From: Candidatus Thalassarchaeum sp.
GTDB taxonomy: Archaea; Thermoplasmatota; Poseidoniia; Poseidoniales; Thalassarchaeaceae
NCBI GenBank assembly: GCA_045559735.1
Contig: JBJLJN010000014.1
Span: 15,451-79,450 of the forward strand
Direction: 5' to 3'
DNA length: 64,000 bases
Below the pieces are notes generated by a model. The model had not been told where the DNA came from. It saw only the letters and a list, made by a program, of their open reading frames with translations, and ran no database searches. The number at the start of each line of letters is the position of its first letter. Position 1 is the stretch's first letter. Shown here in pieces: positions 37,124-47,986 of this stretch. The translations under genes were made by a program, and so were the position numbers.

Positions 37124-38659
37124 CTATGGGAAAGACCTCGTCAAGGTCGTGAATGGGTCACCAGCGTGTCCCGTGTGCTCGTCAACTATTGCCCCGTCTG
37201 CACCCGCCGGGCCGGCCCGATCCAGTCCGAAACGCCTCGCTGCGGCTGCGATTGCAACCAGTGTGGCGGAATCCGGTTCGGGTTCTGCGAACTTCGAGAT
37301 ATCTGTTAAATCAAGATAATCGGTGGTTATTGCGCCAGAGACGAAGTCTGGGTGTGTGGTCATCTGGCGGAGGAATCCGATGTTTGTGATTACGCCCAGA
37401 GCGCGTAGGTCGGAGAGTGCATTGTACAGGCGTCGTGCTGCCGCGGTACGCGTCGGTGCATGAACAATCAGCTTGGCAAGCATCGGATCGAAATCTACTG
37501 TAACTGAATCTCCTTCGCGAACACCAGTGTCCACTCTGATACCCGGTCCTGCAGGTGCTCTCCACATCGCTAGGTCGCCTATTGCCGGCAGGAAGCCCTT
37601 GCTCGGGTCCTCGGCATAGATTCGAGCTTCCATTGAGTGGCCTGTGATGCCGATGTCCGATTGAGTCAGGCCCAGAGGCATCCCTGAGGCCACCTCAAAC
37701 TGCTTGAGAACGAGATCGACACCAGTAATCATCTCGGTGACGGGATGCTCGACTTGCAGGCGTGTGTTCATCTCAAGAAAGAAGAAATCCCCCCTGTCAG
37801 AAAGTAGGAACTCGACTGTTCCAGCACCTTCGTAATCTACTGCCTGAGCTGCCCTGACTGCAGCCGCTCCCATGGCTTCTCTCAGGTTGGCGTTGACAAC
37901 TGGCGAGGGGGCCTCCTCGATTACCTTCTGATGTCTGCGTTGCAGGGAGCAGTCCCGCTCGTTGAGATGGATGCAGTTGCCATGTGAGTCTGCCAGAATT
38001 TGGATCTCGATGTGTCTCGCTCCAACCAGCAGCCTCTCGACATAGATTGTCCCGTCACCAAATGCCGCTGAGGCTTCTCTGGATGCGGCCTCGTACTCGG
38101 TTCTGAGCATCTTCGGCTCGCTTACCGCTCTCATTCCCTTGCCGCCCCCACCGGCACTTGCCTTGAGCAAGAGAGGATATCCCACTCTAGCAGCACAAGC
38201 GGCCAACTGGCCGAGGTGATCGGCACCATCGGGAACTGAGAGCTCCTCGCCAGGTATCACCGGCACGCCTGATTCCATCATCTTCGATCTAGCTGAGATC
38301 TTGTCCCCCATCATTGAGATGGCCCCTGGAGGAGGGCCGATCCAGACCAAGCCTGCTTGCTTCACAGCAGAAGCAAAGTTGGCCCTCTCAGAGAGGAATC
38401 CGTATCCAGGATGTATGGCCTGTGCACCACTGCTAACAGCGGCAGCTATGATGGCATCTGAGTTGAGGTAAGTCTCGGATAGAGTATCTCCGGGCAGGTG
38501 GACTGCTTCATCGGCCACCTCCACATGCAAGGCCTTAGAATCTGCATCAGAAAATACAGCCACGCCTCTGAGTCCAGCTTCTCTAGCTGCAGTCAGAATC
38601 CTGACAGCAATCTCGCCTCTGTTGGCGACCAGTACTGCTTCAAAGGGTAGCTCGCTCAT
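37124..38659 (-). CDS. accC: Biotin carboxylase subunit of acyl-CoA carboxylase
   Basis: AVLVANRGEIAVRIL, ATP-grasp GGGGKGMR, BT-like C-terminal region. The track ORF (to 38776) is extended; the ATG at 38659 (MSELPF) abuts the upstream gene stop. Confidence 0.9.
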   Translation of the reverse strand: MSELPFEAVLVANRGEIAVRILTAAREAGLRGVAVFSDADSKALHVEVADEAVHLPGDTLSETYLNSDAIIAAAVSSGAQAIHPGYGFLSERANFASAVKQAGLVWIGPPPGAISMMGDKISARSKMMESGVPVIPGEELSVPDGADHLGQLAACAARVGYPLLLKASAGGGGKGMRAVSEPKMLRTEYEAASREASAAFGDGTIYVERLLVGARHIEIQILADSHGNCIHLNERDCSLQRRHQKVIEEAPSPVVNANLREAMGAAAVRAAQAVDYEGAGTVEFLLSDRGDFFFLEMNTRLQVEHPVTEMITGVDLVLKQFEVASGMPLGLTQSDIGITGHSMEARIYAEDPSKGFLPAIGDLAMWRAPAGPGIRVDTGVREGDSVTVDFDPMLAKLIVHAPTRTAAARRLYNALSDLRALGVITNIGFLRQMTTHPDFVSGAITTDYLDLTDISKFAEPEPDSATLVAIAAAARRFGLDRAGPAGADGAIVDEHTGHAGDPFTTLTRSFP

Positions 38660-38661
38660 GC

Positions 38662-39528
38662 CTAACCTTCCCCGTCCCTCGACGCCCAATCCGGCGGACG
38701 CCTCTCTAGGAACGAGGAGAGGCCCTCCTGCCCCTCGTGAGATCCTCGCATCTCGCTGGTCTTGTCCAGAGTCCACTGTCTGAACTCTTCAAAGGAACCT
38801 GTCCAGGTGTCCAGTTTCTCTGACAGTCTCTTGGCCTCTGTCACCGCCATCGGACCACTGCTCATCAAATCGTCAATCACGGATCCAGCAATCGAATCGA
38901 AGTCGTCTGCCGAGTCGGCTATGCTATTGACCAAGCCTATTCTGAGCGCCTCGTCCGCTCCCACTCGGCTCGCAAGCATCGAGAGTCTTCGGAACTCAGC
39001 GCTGCCCACCTTACGATACACATAGGGCCCAATCACAGCTGGCAGGATACCTAACTTGGCCTCGGACAGCGCGATTCGGGTGTTCGGCTCAGCGATGACG
39101 TGATCGAGGCAAGATACCAGTCCCGCGCCCCCACCTAGCGCCACCCCCTGCACACAACCGATTGTGAAGCACGGGTGGGACCATAGGGTGTGGAAAAGTC
39201 TGTCCAATCTGCCTGAGTCGGTTCGGTTTTCTTCAGGAGTCTTTGAGCCTGCATCACGCATCATGTTGATGTCGGCTCCTGCGCAGAAGTGCTTGCCGGA
39301 AGAACGTAGGACGAGTACGCGGAGATATTCCGAACCGGATGAGTCGCGCAGAGAGCCCGTGGTACCTACTGAGCGTTGGGCCGTCCAGTCCAGAAACTCG
39401 GTGATCTCTGAAATCAACTGTATATTGAGGGCGTTGTATGCATCGACACGATCCATGGTGATAGTCGCAGTCGGGCCAGCAATGTCCAATCTGCACATGC
39501 TGCATTCAGGAACTGTGTCACCCATCAT
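38662..39528 (-). CDS. Enoyl-CoA hydratase/isomerase (crotonase) family, possibly methylglutaconyl-CoA hydratase
   Basis: FCAGADI and GVALGGGAGL oxyanion-hole motifs. The likely start is the internal Met (MMGDTV), just after the carboxyltransferase stop. Confidence 0.85.
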   Translation of the reverse strand: MMGDTVPECSMCRLDIAGPTATITMDRVDAYNALNIQLISEITEFLDWTAQRSVGTTGSLRDSSGSEYLRVLVLRSSGKHFCAGADINMMRDAGSKTPEENRTDSGRLDRLFHTLWSHPCFTIGCVQGVALGGGAGLVSCLDHVIAEPNTRIALSEAKLGILPAVIGPYVYRKVGSAEFRRLSMLASRVGADEALRIGLVNSIADSADDFDSIAGSVIDDLMSSGPMAVTEAKRLSEKLDTWTGSFEEFRQWTLDKTSEMRGSHEGQEGLSSFLERRPPDWASRDGEG

Positions 39529-39532
39529 ATCC

Positions 39533-41092
39533 TCACATCCTGAATACTCCATAGTCCTGCTCAGGCATCTCTGCGTTGAGGCTTGCGGAGATACATAGGC
39601 CAATTACATCCCTAGTGTCCCTGGGGTCTATTACTCCGTCATCCCAGAGCCTAGCTGAGGAGTAGTAGGGGTTGCTCTCGTTCTCATACTTGCGCCTGAT
39701 CTCGTCAGGGTCTGCGTTACCCACTGTAGAGAGTACATCGGCAGCCTGCTCGCCGCCCATCACAGAGATTCTGGCATTCGGCCACATGAACAGAAATCTG
39801 GGATCATAGGCTCTCCCGCACATCCCATAGTTACCCGCACCGTGGGAGCCTCCAATGATGACTGTGAATTTCGGCACAGGAACGCAAGATACCGCGGTAA
39901 CCAACTTCGCTCCATCCTTGGCAATTCCACCCGACTCTGCCTCTCTACCAACCATGAATCCCGAGATGTTCTGTAGGAAAATGAGTGGGACTCCACGCTG
40001 TCCGCAGAGTTCGACGAAGTGAGCCCCTTTAAGCGCCGATTCTGAAAAGAGGATGCCGTTGTTGGCAACTATCCCTACCGGGTAGCCATGAATCTTTGCG
40101 AAGCCGCAGACCAGTGTGTTTCCGTAGCGCTGCTTAAACTCGTGGAAGCGGGAACCATCGACTATCCTTGAGATTACTTCTCTGACGTCGTATGGGGTCC
40201 TGTTATCCTGTGGAATCACTCCCAACAGGTCCTGAGGGTCGTGTGCTGGCTCCTCGGGCCGGGAGACATCAAGCCTGTGCTTGGGAGTGACATTCAGATT
40301 CTCGACGATATTGCGAACCATCCTAAGTGCCTCGGTCTCGTCCTCGGCGAAGTGATCAGCGACGCCTGACTCCCGTGTGTGCAGATCAGCCCCCCCGAGC
40401 TCCTCGGCCGTGACCTCCTCTCCGGTAGCCGACTTGACCAAAGGAGGCCCGGCGAGGAAGATGGTACCGTTGCCCCTGACAATGATTGATTCGTCGGACA
40501 TCGCTGGGATGTATGCACCTCCCGCTGTGCATGAGCCCAGCACTGCTGCGACTTGCGGGATTCCTTTGCTTGACAGGATTGCTTGGTTGCGGAATATGCG
40601 TCCGAAATGGAACTTGTCTGGAAACACCTCGTCCTGCATCGGCAGGAACGCCCCCCCTGAATCGACTAGGTAGATGCATGGTAGGTTATTCTCCTCAGCT
40701 ACCTCTTGTGCCCTGACATGCTTCTTGACTGTCATCGGGTAGTAAGAGCCCCCCTTGACGGTAGCATCGTTTGCAACGAACATACATTCCTTGCCGTGGA
40801 CAACACCGATTCCAGTGACTATGCCAGCAGAGTGTGCCCTGCCATCGTACAGCTCGTGGGCGGCGAGGCTTGACAGTTCTAGGAACGGTGTAGCTGGGTC
40901 GCAGATCTCAGTAATCCTCTCTCTAGGTAGGCTCTTGCCGCGTTCACGATGTCTCAGAACATACTTCTCACCGCCGCCTTCCTTGACTGAGTCAAGTGTC
41001 GATCTCAGTGTATTGCACAAGGTAGAATTGTGCTCTAAGCGAGAGGCAAAATCTGCGCTCTCTCGGTCAATCGTGGTTGGCAACCGGTCCAT
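39533..41092 (-). CDS. Acyl-CoA carboxylase carboxyltransferase subunit (PccB/MccB family)
   Basis: 519 aa with two crotonase-like CT halves: [41 protein letters not shown]. Confidence 0.9.
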   Translation of the reverse strand: MDRLPTTIDRESADFASRLEHNSTLCNTLRSTLDSVKEGGGEKYVLRHRERGKSLPRERITEICDPATPFLELSSLAAHELYDGRAHSAGIVTGIGVVHGKECMFVANDATVKGGSYYPMTVKKHVRAQEVAEENNLPCIYLVDSGGAFLPMQDEVFPDKFHFGRIFRNQAILSSKGIPQVAAVLGSCTAGGAYIPAMSDESIIVRGNGTIFLAGPPLVKSATGEEVTAEELGGADLHTRESGVADHFAEDETEALRMVRNIVENLNVTPKHRLDVSRPEEPAHDPQDLLGVIPQDNRTPYDVREVISRIVDGSRFHEFKQRYGNTLVCGFAKIHGYPVGIVANNGILFSESALKGAHFVELCGQRGVPLIFLQNISGFMVGREAESGGIAKDGAKLVTAVSCVPVPKFTVIIGGSHGAGNYGMCGRAYDPRFLFMWPNARISVMGGEQAADVLSTVGNADPDEIRRKYENESNPYYSSARLWDDGVIDPRDTRDVIGLCISASLNAEMPEQDYGVFRM

Positions 41093-41158
41093 GCTCTATG
41101 CCAGCGAGGTAGCGAGTGGAACTTCAATTGAATGGAGTCGACATCAAAGATGTCGAAT

Positions 41159-42439
41159 TTAGACGCCCAATGCGAGCCTACCGACATCACGCAGTCCGGG
41201 TGCCATTCCGACTGTCAGAATCACTAGGGAAATCAGCAGTCTGAGGTGCTGCTGCCTGTGCTCGAAATTAGCGATAGCGAAGAAGTACCAGATCAACCCT
41301 CCCAAAATTAATTTGATTGTGGTGAAGCCATAAGCTGAGCCGAATACCTCGATTATCCTAGCAGAGAAGACGTGCTTCTCGGAATATCCGAACTCCTCGA
41401 TTCCGATGCCGGTGGCAATCCCATCGAGGAGCTGGCCTGCGACGGCCAGAGAGACAACCGGAGACGCCATGACAGCCTTGTAGCGAAGGCTCTCAATCAG
41501 ATTCTTCTCATCAGATTCCAATTCCTCGTAATCCTCCTCTGTCATCCCCGGAGGCAGGATTCCTGCGATATGTCCTGCCTCGGCCAGCTCATTGGCTGCT
41601 GGGAGACCGTTTGTATGCATCCAGTAGACTAGGAGTGCGGGAAGTCCGAGGACTACCAACAAGGGCCAGATAATGACATAATCAGGGTGGCTGATACCAA
41701 AGGACACCAAAGGCCCTGACAGTGCTATGCAACCGCCAAGCCCGACAAGGAAGACAGTGCGCTGGATGGTCGTGAAGCCGAACAGTGAGTGGTTGGATGC
41801 CAGTGAGGGCAGGAGGAGTGCTGCAATGAAGCAGACTAGCATGGGCAAATTCTCGAAATCTGGAGACGAAGCGACTCCGCCGGCTTCTACTGAGGAGTAG
41901 TATATGACCACCTGAGCAGTGATGAGAATCATCGCCGCGCTATCAGCCTTGGAACGCATCCTATCAGCATCAAGTTCTGAGTTGGCTATGTGGTAACCCA
42001 GAGCTCCTGCGATCATGACCCAAGCAGCTGTCTGGAAGTGGATAGCTGGGCTGACGAAGTAGCTCTCGAGGGAGGCATCGAACATGCTAGCATCTTCAAC
42101 AACCTCGCCCAGAGCTGCCCAGAAAACATAGGGCATCACAGCGAGTAAGGTAGCATCGCTGGGGTCTATCCCTAGATGCCTAAGCCAAGCAGCAAGCGAG
42201 ATTGCGAACAGTGCCAGAAGGATAGCGTAGGTCATTGTATTGGGAACGTTGTAACCTGCATCGGAGGAAGATTCCTGCAACACGGGGTCGATATAGTAGT
42301 CATACAGAAAGTCGGAGAGCGGATTCTGGATTTCCAACGACTTCAGGGCAATACCGGCAAAGACAAGTCCTGCAACCGCGATAATGGCGTTGGTGGCCCA
42401 TCTCTCGTAGTCGTACATCTCCTCCAACGGGTTTGCCAT
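41159..42439 (-). CDS. Hypothetical polytopic membrane protein (about 10 TM)
   Basis: Hydrophobic throughout. Acidic cytoplasmic loop [13 protein letters not shown]. No motif. Confidence 0.4.
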   Translation of the reverse strand: MANPLEEMYDYERWATNAIIAVAGLVFAGIALKSLEIQNPLSDFLYDYYIDPVLQESSSDAGYNVPNTMTYAILLALFAISLAAWLRHLGIDPSDATLLAVMPYVFWAALGEVVEDASMFDASLESYFVSPAIHFQTAAWVMIAGALGYHIANSELDADRMRSKADSAAMILITAQVVIYYSSVEAGGVASSPDFENLPMLVCFIAALLLPSLASNHSLFGFTTIQRTVFLVGLGGCIALSGPLVSFGISHPDYVIIWPLLVVLGLPALLVYWMHTNGLPAANELAEAGHIAGILPPGMTEEDYEELESDEKNLIESLRYKAVMASPVVSLAVAGQLLDGIATGIGIEEFGYSEKHVFSARIIEVFGSAYGFTTIKLILGGLIWYFFAIANFEHRQQHLRLLISLVILTVGMAPGLRDVGRLALGV

Positions 42440-42478
42440 AGCAATCCGTGAGGACTCCCACGCTTATGCGTGGCGGTT

Positions 42479-43228
42479 TCACTCCTCTTCTAACATCACT
42501 GACTCATCGTCTGCCAGCTGCATCACCTCGGACATCTCGTCCGAGTCAGATGAATCGACCTGAGGGGGCATGTGCCTCCTCTCTCTGCGTCTACGGGCCT
42601 GAGCCAGACCGGGTACCAGAGTTTCGAACTTGGATGAATCTCGTGGACCGTGCTCCTCGAATGAATCCAGTCGGCGGGACTGCATACGCAGGCGCTTTCT
42701 GTCCTGCTCGAGCCCATGGAGGACAGTGCTGTGCTCCGAGCCGCGTAGGATTCCTTCGATTGCTGGAGCAGCTAGAGCGATTCCGTCTTGGTCGCCTATG
42801 ACCAGTACGGTGGAGCCGTGGATTGCCATCTCGCAGTTTGAGATCTCCTCGATGAGGCTGCGTATGCGCCCGTTCCTGCCAATCAGCCTGCTCCTCATCC
42901 TGCGAGTCTGGTTAGGCTGCCTGCCTACCCACTCGCGGATGTCATACATTCTGAGGAAGATTTCGTCACGGATCAGTTGTACCGCCCTGCTTGGAGCGAG
43001 TCCGCGACCGATGGCGAGCATCACATCGGGCATCTTCATCCTCACAATGGGATCCGGTTCTCCTTCCCATTCCGCCATCACCTCTCCAGTTCTTGAGTCG
43101 ATATCCAACTTTGCTCCGCTGGCCTCCTCCAGCATCTTGCGGGTCTGCCCGCCTTTGCCTATCAGTACGGCAATGCGGTTCTTGGGTACACGCGCTAGCA
43201 GTTCCACGGGTGCGGTCGACCCGCCCAC
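42479..43228 (-). CDS. KH-domain RNA-binding protein (archaeal Dim2/Pno1-like, two KH domains)
   Basis: GKGG and GRNG GXXG loops. Classic position downstream of rio1. Acidic C-terminus. Confidence 0.75.
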   Translation of the reverse strand: MGGSTAPVELLARVPKNRIAVLIGKGGQTRKMLEEASGAKLDIDSRTGEVMAEWEGEPDPIVRMKMPDVMLAIGRGLAPSRAVQLIRDEIFLRMYDIREWVGRQPNQTRRMRSRLIGRNGRIRSLIEEISNCEMAIHGSTVLVIGDQDGIALAAPAIEGILRGSEHSTVLHGLEQDRKRLRMQSRRLDSFEEHGPRDSSKFETLVPGLAQARRRRERRHMPPQVDSSDSDEMSEVMQLADDESVMLEEE

Positions 43229-43233
43229 CTGCT

Positions 43234-44127
43234 TTAATCCCCGCCTGAGGAACTAGAGGCCTCAGGAACTGGGTCATCGAGAACTCTAGCGAGGCTATCA
43301 GCCAAGTCTACATTGTGCCCTTGGCGGTTAATCCAAGCCACGATGCGTGTGATATCACGTACTAGGAACTCCTCTGCGCTAGGGTGTTGGCGGGTGACGC
43401 TCTGACCAGCGTCGATAATCCAGAGATCATCATCGTTGAGAAGAATGTTGTACTCGCTGAAATCGGCGTGGACCAGATTGCACTTGTGCCAGTTGATGGA
43501 GATGAAATCAAGAAGCTCCTCAAATACCTCGTATGGATTGTCGACTGAGATCTCCTTGAGGCGTGGGCTGGGTCCTTTCTCATCCCCAATATACTCCATT
43601 ACGAGGACGTTCTTCAAACTGTCAAAGGGCTCTGGGACTCTCAGTCCGTGCTTCCTCATCCTGCGCAGGTTGCGGAACTCCTTTCGAACCCAGATGTTGA
43701 CTAGTTCCCTGTGTCGTCTCGACAGTCCCTTGAATCTGGGATCTCCATCGATATACTTGGCCAGTCCCTTGAACACAGCGTTCGTGGTATGGAAAATCTT
43801 CACCGCCACCGGTCCGTGATTTGTGGTGGCATGGAAGACATGCGCCTCCTTTCCCCGGGCTATCGGATAGTCGATGGTCTCGATATGCCCCTTCTGCATC
43901 AGTTTGTGGACAGCCAGCAGCGTAGAGCGATCGAAAACTTGGTCGAAGACTCGTCTATCAACCCACTCATACTTGCCTTTGCCGAGGACTCCTTGCAGGC
44001 CGTCCTCGATATCGTTGAACATCCGCTTGAAGCGTGGTTCTGAAATCCACTCGTGCTTCTTCTCGGCCCTCAGTAGAGCATCGACCTCTGGAAGGTCATC
44101 GTGCTCCTCATCCATGCTCTCACCCAA
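43234..44127 (-). CDS. rio1: RIO-type serine/threonine protein kinase
   Basis: VAVKIFHT ATP-binding Lys. LVHADFSEYNIL catalytic loop. IIDAGQSV metal-binding loop. Confidence 0.9.
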   Translation of the reverse strand: MGESMDEEHDDLPEVDALLRAEKKHEWISEPRFKRMFNDIEDGLQGVLGKGKYEWVDRRVFDQVFDRSTLLAVHKLMQKGHIETIDYPIARGKEAHVFHATTNHGPVAVKIFHTTNAVFKGLAKYIDGDPRFKGLSRRHRELVNIWVRKEFRNLRRMRKHGLRVPEPFDSLKNVLVMEYIGDEKGPSPRLKEISVDNPYEVFEELLDFISINWHKCNLVHADFSEYNILLNDDDLWIIDAGQSVTRQHPSAEEFLVRDITRIVAWINRQGHNVDLADSLARVLDDPVPEASSSSGGD

Positions 44128-44632
44128 AGAACGAGTCGATGTCTTCCTCTGGGTCGTCGGACTCGGAGGGAATCACTTCGATTTTCTCGGGCTCGGGCTC
44201 CTGCTCTGGCTCTCCAGCTTTAGTAGACTCAGATACCGGTTCTATTTCGAGGTCCTCATTCTGAGACACACCTGTGACTCCGAAAAGATCGACGATCTCA
44301 GGGAGTACTCCCTTGCGTGATAGGTACAGAGACTGGGTCTTGGTGTAGCGCATGCAGACATTGGCCTTCTCGTCCTGGAAGTCCCAAGGCTGGATAACAA
44401 TCAGGTCGCCTTCGCGGACCCATTGACGCCTCCTCATCTTGCCTGGTATTCTGGCGAGGCGGCTCTCACCGTCCTCACAGACCGCCTTGACACGGCGCCC
44501 CCCGAGAATCTGATCAGCTATGGCGAACATCTCGTTGATCTTACGCTTTGGGAGCGGTACGCGAATGCGGTCGCCTCCAGATTCGAGCTGAGCTAGGAGC
44601 TCAGGGTCTACCTTCTCCTCCCTACGGGCCAT
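44120..44632 (-). CDS. eif1a: Translation initiation factor aIF-1A with long acidic C-terminal tail
   Basis: S1-like OB fold: RVKAVCEDGESRLARIPGKMRRRQWVREGDLIVIQPWDF..ANVCMRY. Confidence 0.85.
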   Translation of the reverse strand: MARREEKVDPELLAQLESGGDRIRVPLPKRKINEMFAIADQILGGRRVKAVCEDGESRLARIPGKMRRRQWVREGDLIVIQPWDFQDEKANVCMRYTKTQSLYLSRKGVLPEIVDLFGVTGVSQNEDLEIEPVSESTKAGEPEQEPEPEKIEVIPSESDDPEEDIDSFFG

Positions 44633-44675
44633 GAGGTCCGGTCGAGAGCCCCCTATGTGAAGTTGAGGTTACTCT

Positions 44676-46373
44676 TCACAAACCCATCATGCTGTCGACA
44701 GCTGAAGTCACCACATCAAGCAGCCACTCGCTCATCGGGCCAATTCCAAACAGCAGGGTCAAGAAGGCGCAACCGAAGATGGCCAGTCTCAGAGAGGGGG
44801 CCTTTCTGAGTCCCGAATCATTCTCGGGGGATTCAAAGAACATAACCAGTCCTATTCTTAGATAGTAAAACAGAGAGAGAGCGCTGTTGGCGACTATCGC
44901 TACAGCCAGCCAGAATAGTGGGTCAACGCCCCCAGCCCAGTCGACAATGGTAGTTGAAGCGACGTCTCCTGTACCAGCCGATACAGAGACTATCCCATTA
45001 ATCATCAGGAGCTTGGAAAGGAATCCTGAGAGCGGTGGTACACCAGCCAGAGAGAGCATGAAGACGAACATCGCCACACTGATGGCAGGATCTCTCCTGG
45101 CCAGTCCATGCAGGTCCTCGATTCGATGGCCTCCGCCATCTGCCTCAAGCATCGAGAGGACTAGAAATGCACCGAGCTTGAACAGCACCAAAATCAGCAA
45201 GTGGAACACCACTGCAGTCACGATCATAGAGGAGGTAGATGGGTCTGCGAATCCTGAGCCGATTGCTGCCATTGCTGCCAGCATATAGCCAGCGTGAGCC
45301 ACGCTGGAATAGGCCAGCATACGCTTGGGATTGTCGCTGGTAAGGGCAGCAAGGTTGCCCCAAGTCATCGTGAGCACTGAGATAAGTGCAATTGAGAGCA
45401 TCCAGATGGCCTGTCCGGATGGAGGCAAGGTGACAATCAGCAGGAGTCTAATTAGAGCCACGAAGCCCATCGCCTTGGATGCGGTGGCCAATAAGCCGGC
45501 GATGGGGGAAGATGCGCCTGAGTAAGCGTCTGGGACAGCGAGGTGGAAAGGAGCAGCGCCGACCTTGAATCCAAAAGCAACCATCATCAGTCCGACTCCG
45601 ATTATAGCCAGCGGGTCGTTCCCTTCCATCGCCGACCAGGCAGATGCCAGTTCGGCCATATCCAAGCTACCACTCCAAAGGTACAGCAGCGACATTCCGT
45701 AGATTCCTATCGCGGAAACTACGGATCCGACCATGAAGTACTTCATTCCAGCCTCACCGCCGACGTCAATCTCCTTGTGGAAGGCGACGAGGACGTAGGA
45801 AGACAGAGAAGCAAGCTCGAGGCATACGAAGAGCATGAACAGGTTGGTTGCCATCGCCATCAGACTCATGCCCAGACCTGTAGTAAGAAGGAGGATATGG
45901 AAATCGACCTGTCTGCGGTTGTCAATAAGGGCGGCCACCTTGGAGTCGGCAACATCATCGGAGTCGTTGTCGCGAGGAGGGGTGGCCTTCGGCCTCGCTG
46001 GCATCCTAGTTGATGTGGCCAATGCCGCTAGGAGAAGAGCAGATGTGAATAGCAGGGTGAATAGCCTACTGAATTCGTCGACATGCAGAGCGTTGCCGAC
46101 GTCACCCTCCTCTCCCATAAAGAGAATGGAAGTGAGCCATGCTAAGCCTAAGACTCCGCATGCAATCATATTGGGGAGTCTGGGATCATTGTTGTAATCG
46201 GTCCTCGTTCCCCCAATCAGGATAGGAATTCTGGTGCGGGTTAGCGGTATGCGCATTGTAGCATCACCGAGATTGGGTATCAGGATCATCGCTACTATGC
46301 CGAGAAGCATCAGAATTTCTGGTAGCAACAGCAGCGTCATATCGAGGTTGATCTCGGTCAGTATCGAACTCAT
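44676..46373 (-). CDS. nuoN: Complex I antiporter-like subunit N
   Basis: Many TM helices. AGMKYFMVGSVVSAIGIYGMSLLY. ATGA overlap with the nuoM stop at the MSSILTE start; the track ORF extends to 46436. Confidence 0.85.
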   Translation of the reverse strand: MSSILTEINLDMTLLLLPEILMLLGIVAMILIPNLGDATMRIPLTRTRIPILIGGTRTDYNNDPRLPNMIACGVLGLAWLTSILFMGEEGDVGNALHVDEFSRLFTLLFTSALLLAALATSTRMPARPKATPPRDNDSDDVADSKVAALIDNRRQVDFHILLLTTGLGMSLMAMATNLFMLFVCLELASLSSYVLVAFHKEIDVGGEAGMKYFMVGSVVSAIGIYGMSLLYLWSGSLDMAELASAWSAMEGNDPLAIIGVGLMMVAFGFKVGAAPFHLAVPDAYSGASSPIAGLLATASKAMGFVALIRLLLIVTLPPSGQAIWMLSIALISVLTMTWGNLAALTSDNPKRMLAYSSVAHAGYMLAAMAAIGSGFADPSTSSMIVTAVVFHLLILVLFKLGAFLVLSMLEADGGGHRIEDLHGLARRDPAISVAMFVFMLSLAGVPPLSGFLSKLLMINGIVSVSAGTGDVASTTIVDWAGGVDPLFWLAVAIVANSALSLFYYLRIGLVMFFESPENDSGLRKAPSLRLAIFGCAFLTLLFGIGPMSEWLLDVVTSAVDSMMGL

Positions 46374-47986
46374 GGCATCCACCTCTGCGAATGCATAGCG
46401 TCGATGAGCGTCTCGACTGTCAGTCCCGAGCTCCAATCAGACATCATGTCCCAGAAGATGAATGGCATGATGCCGAACAGCACAGTCATCGCTGCGAGAA
46501 CGAGCATTCCGGCATTCTCGTGCCATGTGATGTCACGAGGTTCCTCACCATGCATGGTGTCGGGAAGAATTCCCTTCTCGGGGTCGTTGGATTCGAATAT
46601 CGTCCTCTGCATCGAGGATAGATAGTAAACGGCAGTAATAATCAGAGTCAGAGCAGGGAGGAGGACGAGCCATCCGTATGTCATCCAGAATGCAATCAAA
46701 ATGGCCACCTCTGCAACGAAGCCGGCAAGCAATGGCAGTCCGAGGCTGGCCATCCAACCGAGCATCATGTGCGCGGCCAGCCACGGGCTGTGGTGAGCGA
46801 TGCCTCGCATCGAGCCTATCTCGAGGGTGTGGTAGTGGTGCTTGAAAGCGCCAGCCACAGCGAACAAGAGAGGGCTGATGATGCCGTGTGCGAACATCAT
46901 GAACAGCGCGCCTGCTATCCCGAGGGGTTGCATGGTGGCTATGCCGAGGAAGATTAGTCCCATGTGGGACACCGAGGAATAAGCGACCATGCGCTTAAGG
47001 TTGGTCTGGCCCATACACACCCAAGCCCCGTAGACTAGGCTGACCATACCAAGGACAATCAGCAGTGGAATAAACTCGATTGTAGACTCAGGAAAGATAC
47101 TCACAGCAATTCTTAGGAAGCCGTAAGCGCCCATCTTCAGCATCACACCGGCAAGCAGCATCGAGCCTGCTGTAGGAGCTTGGACGTGAGCATCAGGTAG
47201 CCAAGTGTGCACAGGGACGCTGGGCATCTTGGTGGCGAACCCGATTAGCAACATCAGCCAGACGAGATGCCTCAGACCCTCACTGGGAATTAGACTGTCC
47301 TGAGCGGCCATCGCGACTAAGTCGAAGTGGTGACCGGTCAAGCTACCGAGACCGGTGATTGGGTCTGTATGGAAGTACATCACGAGAATTCCGATGAGCA
47401 TGATGACACTGGCCGCGAAGGTGTAGATGAAGAACTTCATCGCAGCATATCTCCTGTCCTCTCCGCCCCACATCAGAATCAGCAGGAACATAGGAATCAG
47501 GGTCAGTTCCCAGAAGACATAGAACACGAACAGGTCGAGTACCACGAAAACGCCGAGCAGTGCCCCTTCCATCACCAATAGTAGTGGATGGAACAGATGT
47601 CCGCGCTTGGCATCCCACTCAACCAGCATAGAGATTGGGATGAGTACCGCAGTCAGCCAAATCATCGGGAAGGACAGAGCGTCAGCCCCAACCTTCCAAG
47701 TCACCCCAATGGACGGGATGAGACTGGTAGCATCGTTCTGCAGGACAAATCCTCCATGGGTTATGTCGGTCCAGTCGATGCTACCCCAATGACCGATGAA
47801 GAGCAGGGTGGTGATTACAGCCACCGCCAGAGCGATACCCATGCTGACGTTTCTGGAAATCCTAGCCAGTACCTCACTCTGAGCACTGGGCAGAATTTGA
47901 GTCAGCATGAGTAGTAGTAGGCCTGCGAACAGCGGTAGGAGTGTGATTACCGAAAGGGGGTCGTCGATTATGCGCTCACCCCCCAA
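46370..47986 (-). CDS. nuoM: Complex I antiporter-like subunit M
   Basis: WLPDAHVQAPTAGSMLLAGVMLKMGAYGFLR signature. Confidence 0.9.
   Translation of the reverse strand: MGGERIIDDPLSVITLLPLFAGLLLLMLTQILPSAQSEVLARISRNVSMGIALAVAVITTLLFIGHWGSIDWTDITHGGFVLQNDATSLIPSIGVTWKVGADALSFPMIWLTAVLIPISMLVEWDAKRGHLFHPLLLVMEGALLGVFVVLDLFVFYVFWELTLIPMFLLILMWGGEDRRYAAMKFFIYTFAASVIMLIGILVMYFHTDPITGLGSLTGHHFDLVAMAAQDSLIPSEGLRHLVWLMLLIGFATKMPSVPVHTWLPDAHVQAPTAGSMLLAGVMLKMGAYGFLRIAVSIFPESTIEFIPLLIVLGMVSLVYGAWVCMGQTNLKRMVAYSSVSHMGLIFLGIATMQPLGIAGALFMMFAHGIISPLLFAVAGAFKHHYHTLEIGSMRGIAHHSPWLAAHMMLGWMASLGLPLLAGFVAEVAILIAFWMTYGWLVLLPALTLIITAVYYLSSMQRTIFESNDPEKGILPDTMHGEEPRDITWHENAGMLVLAAMTVLFGIMPFIFWDMMSDWSSGLTVETLIDAMHSQRWMP

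Noticed and set aside
37124-38776. N-terminal 39 residues of the biotin carboxylase track ORF (MDSGQDQRDARISRGAGG...)
   Set aside because: This is an Arg/Gly-rich extension with no homology expectation. The internal ATG (MSELPF...) sits directly after the upstream gene stop and gives the canonical biotin carboxylase N-terminus.
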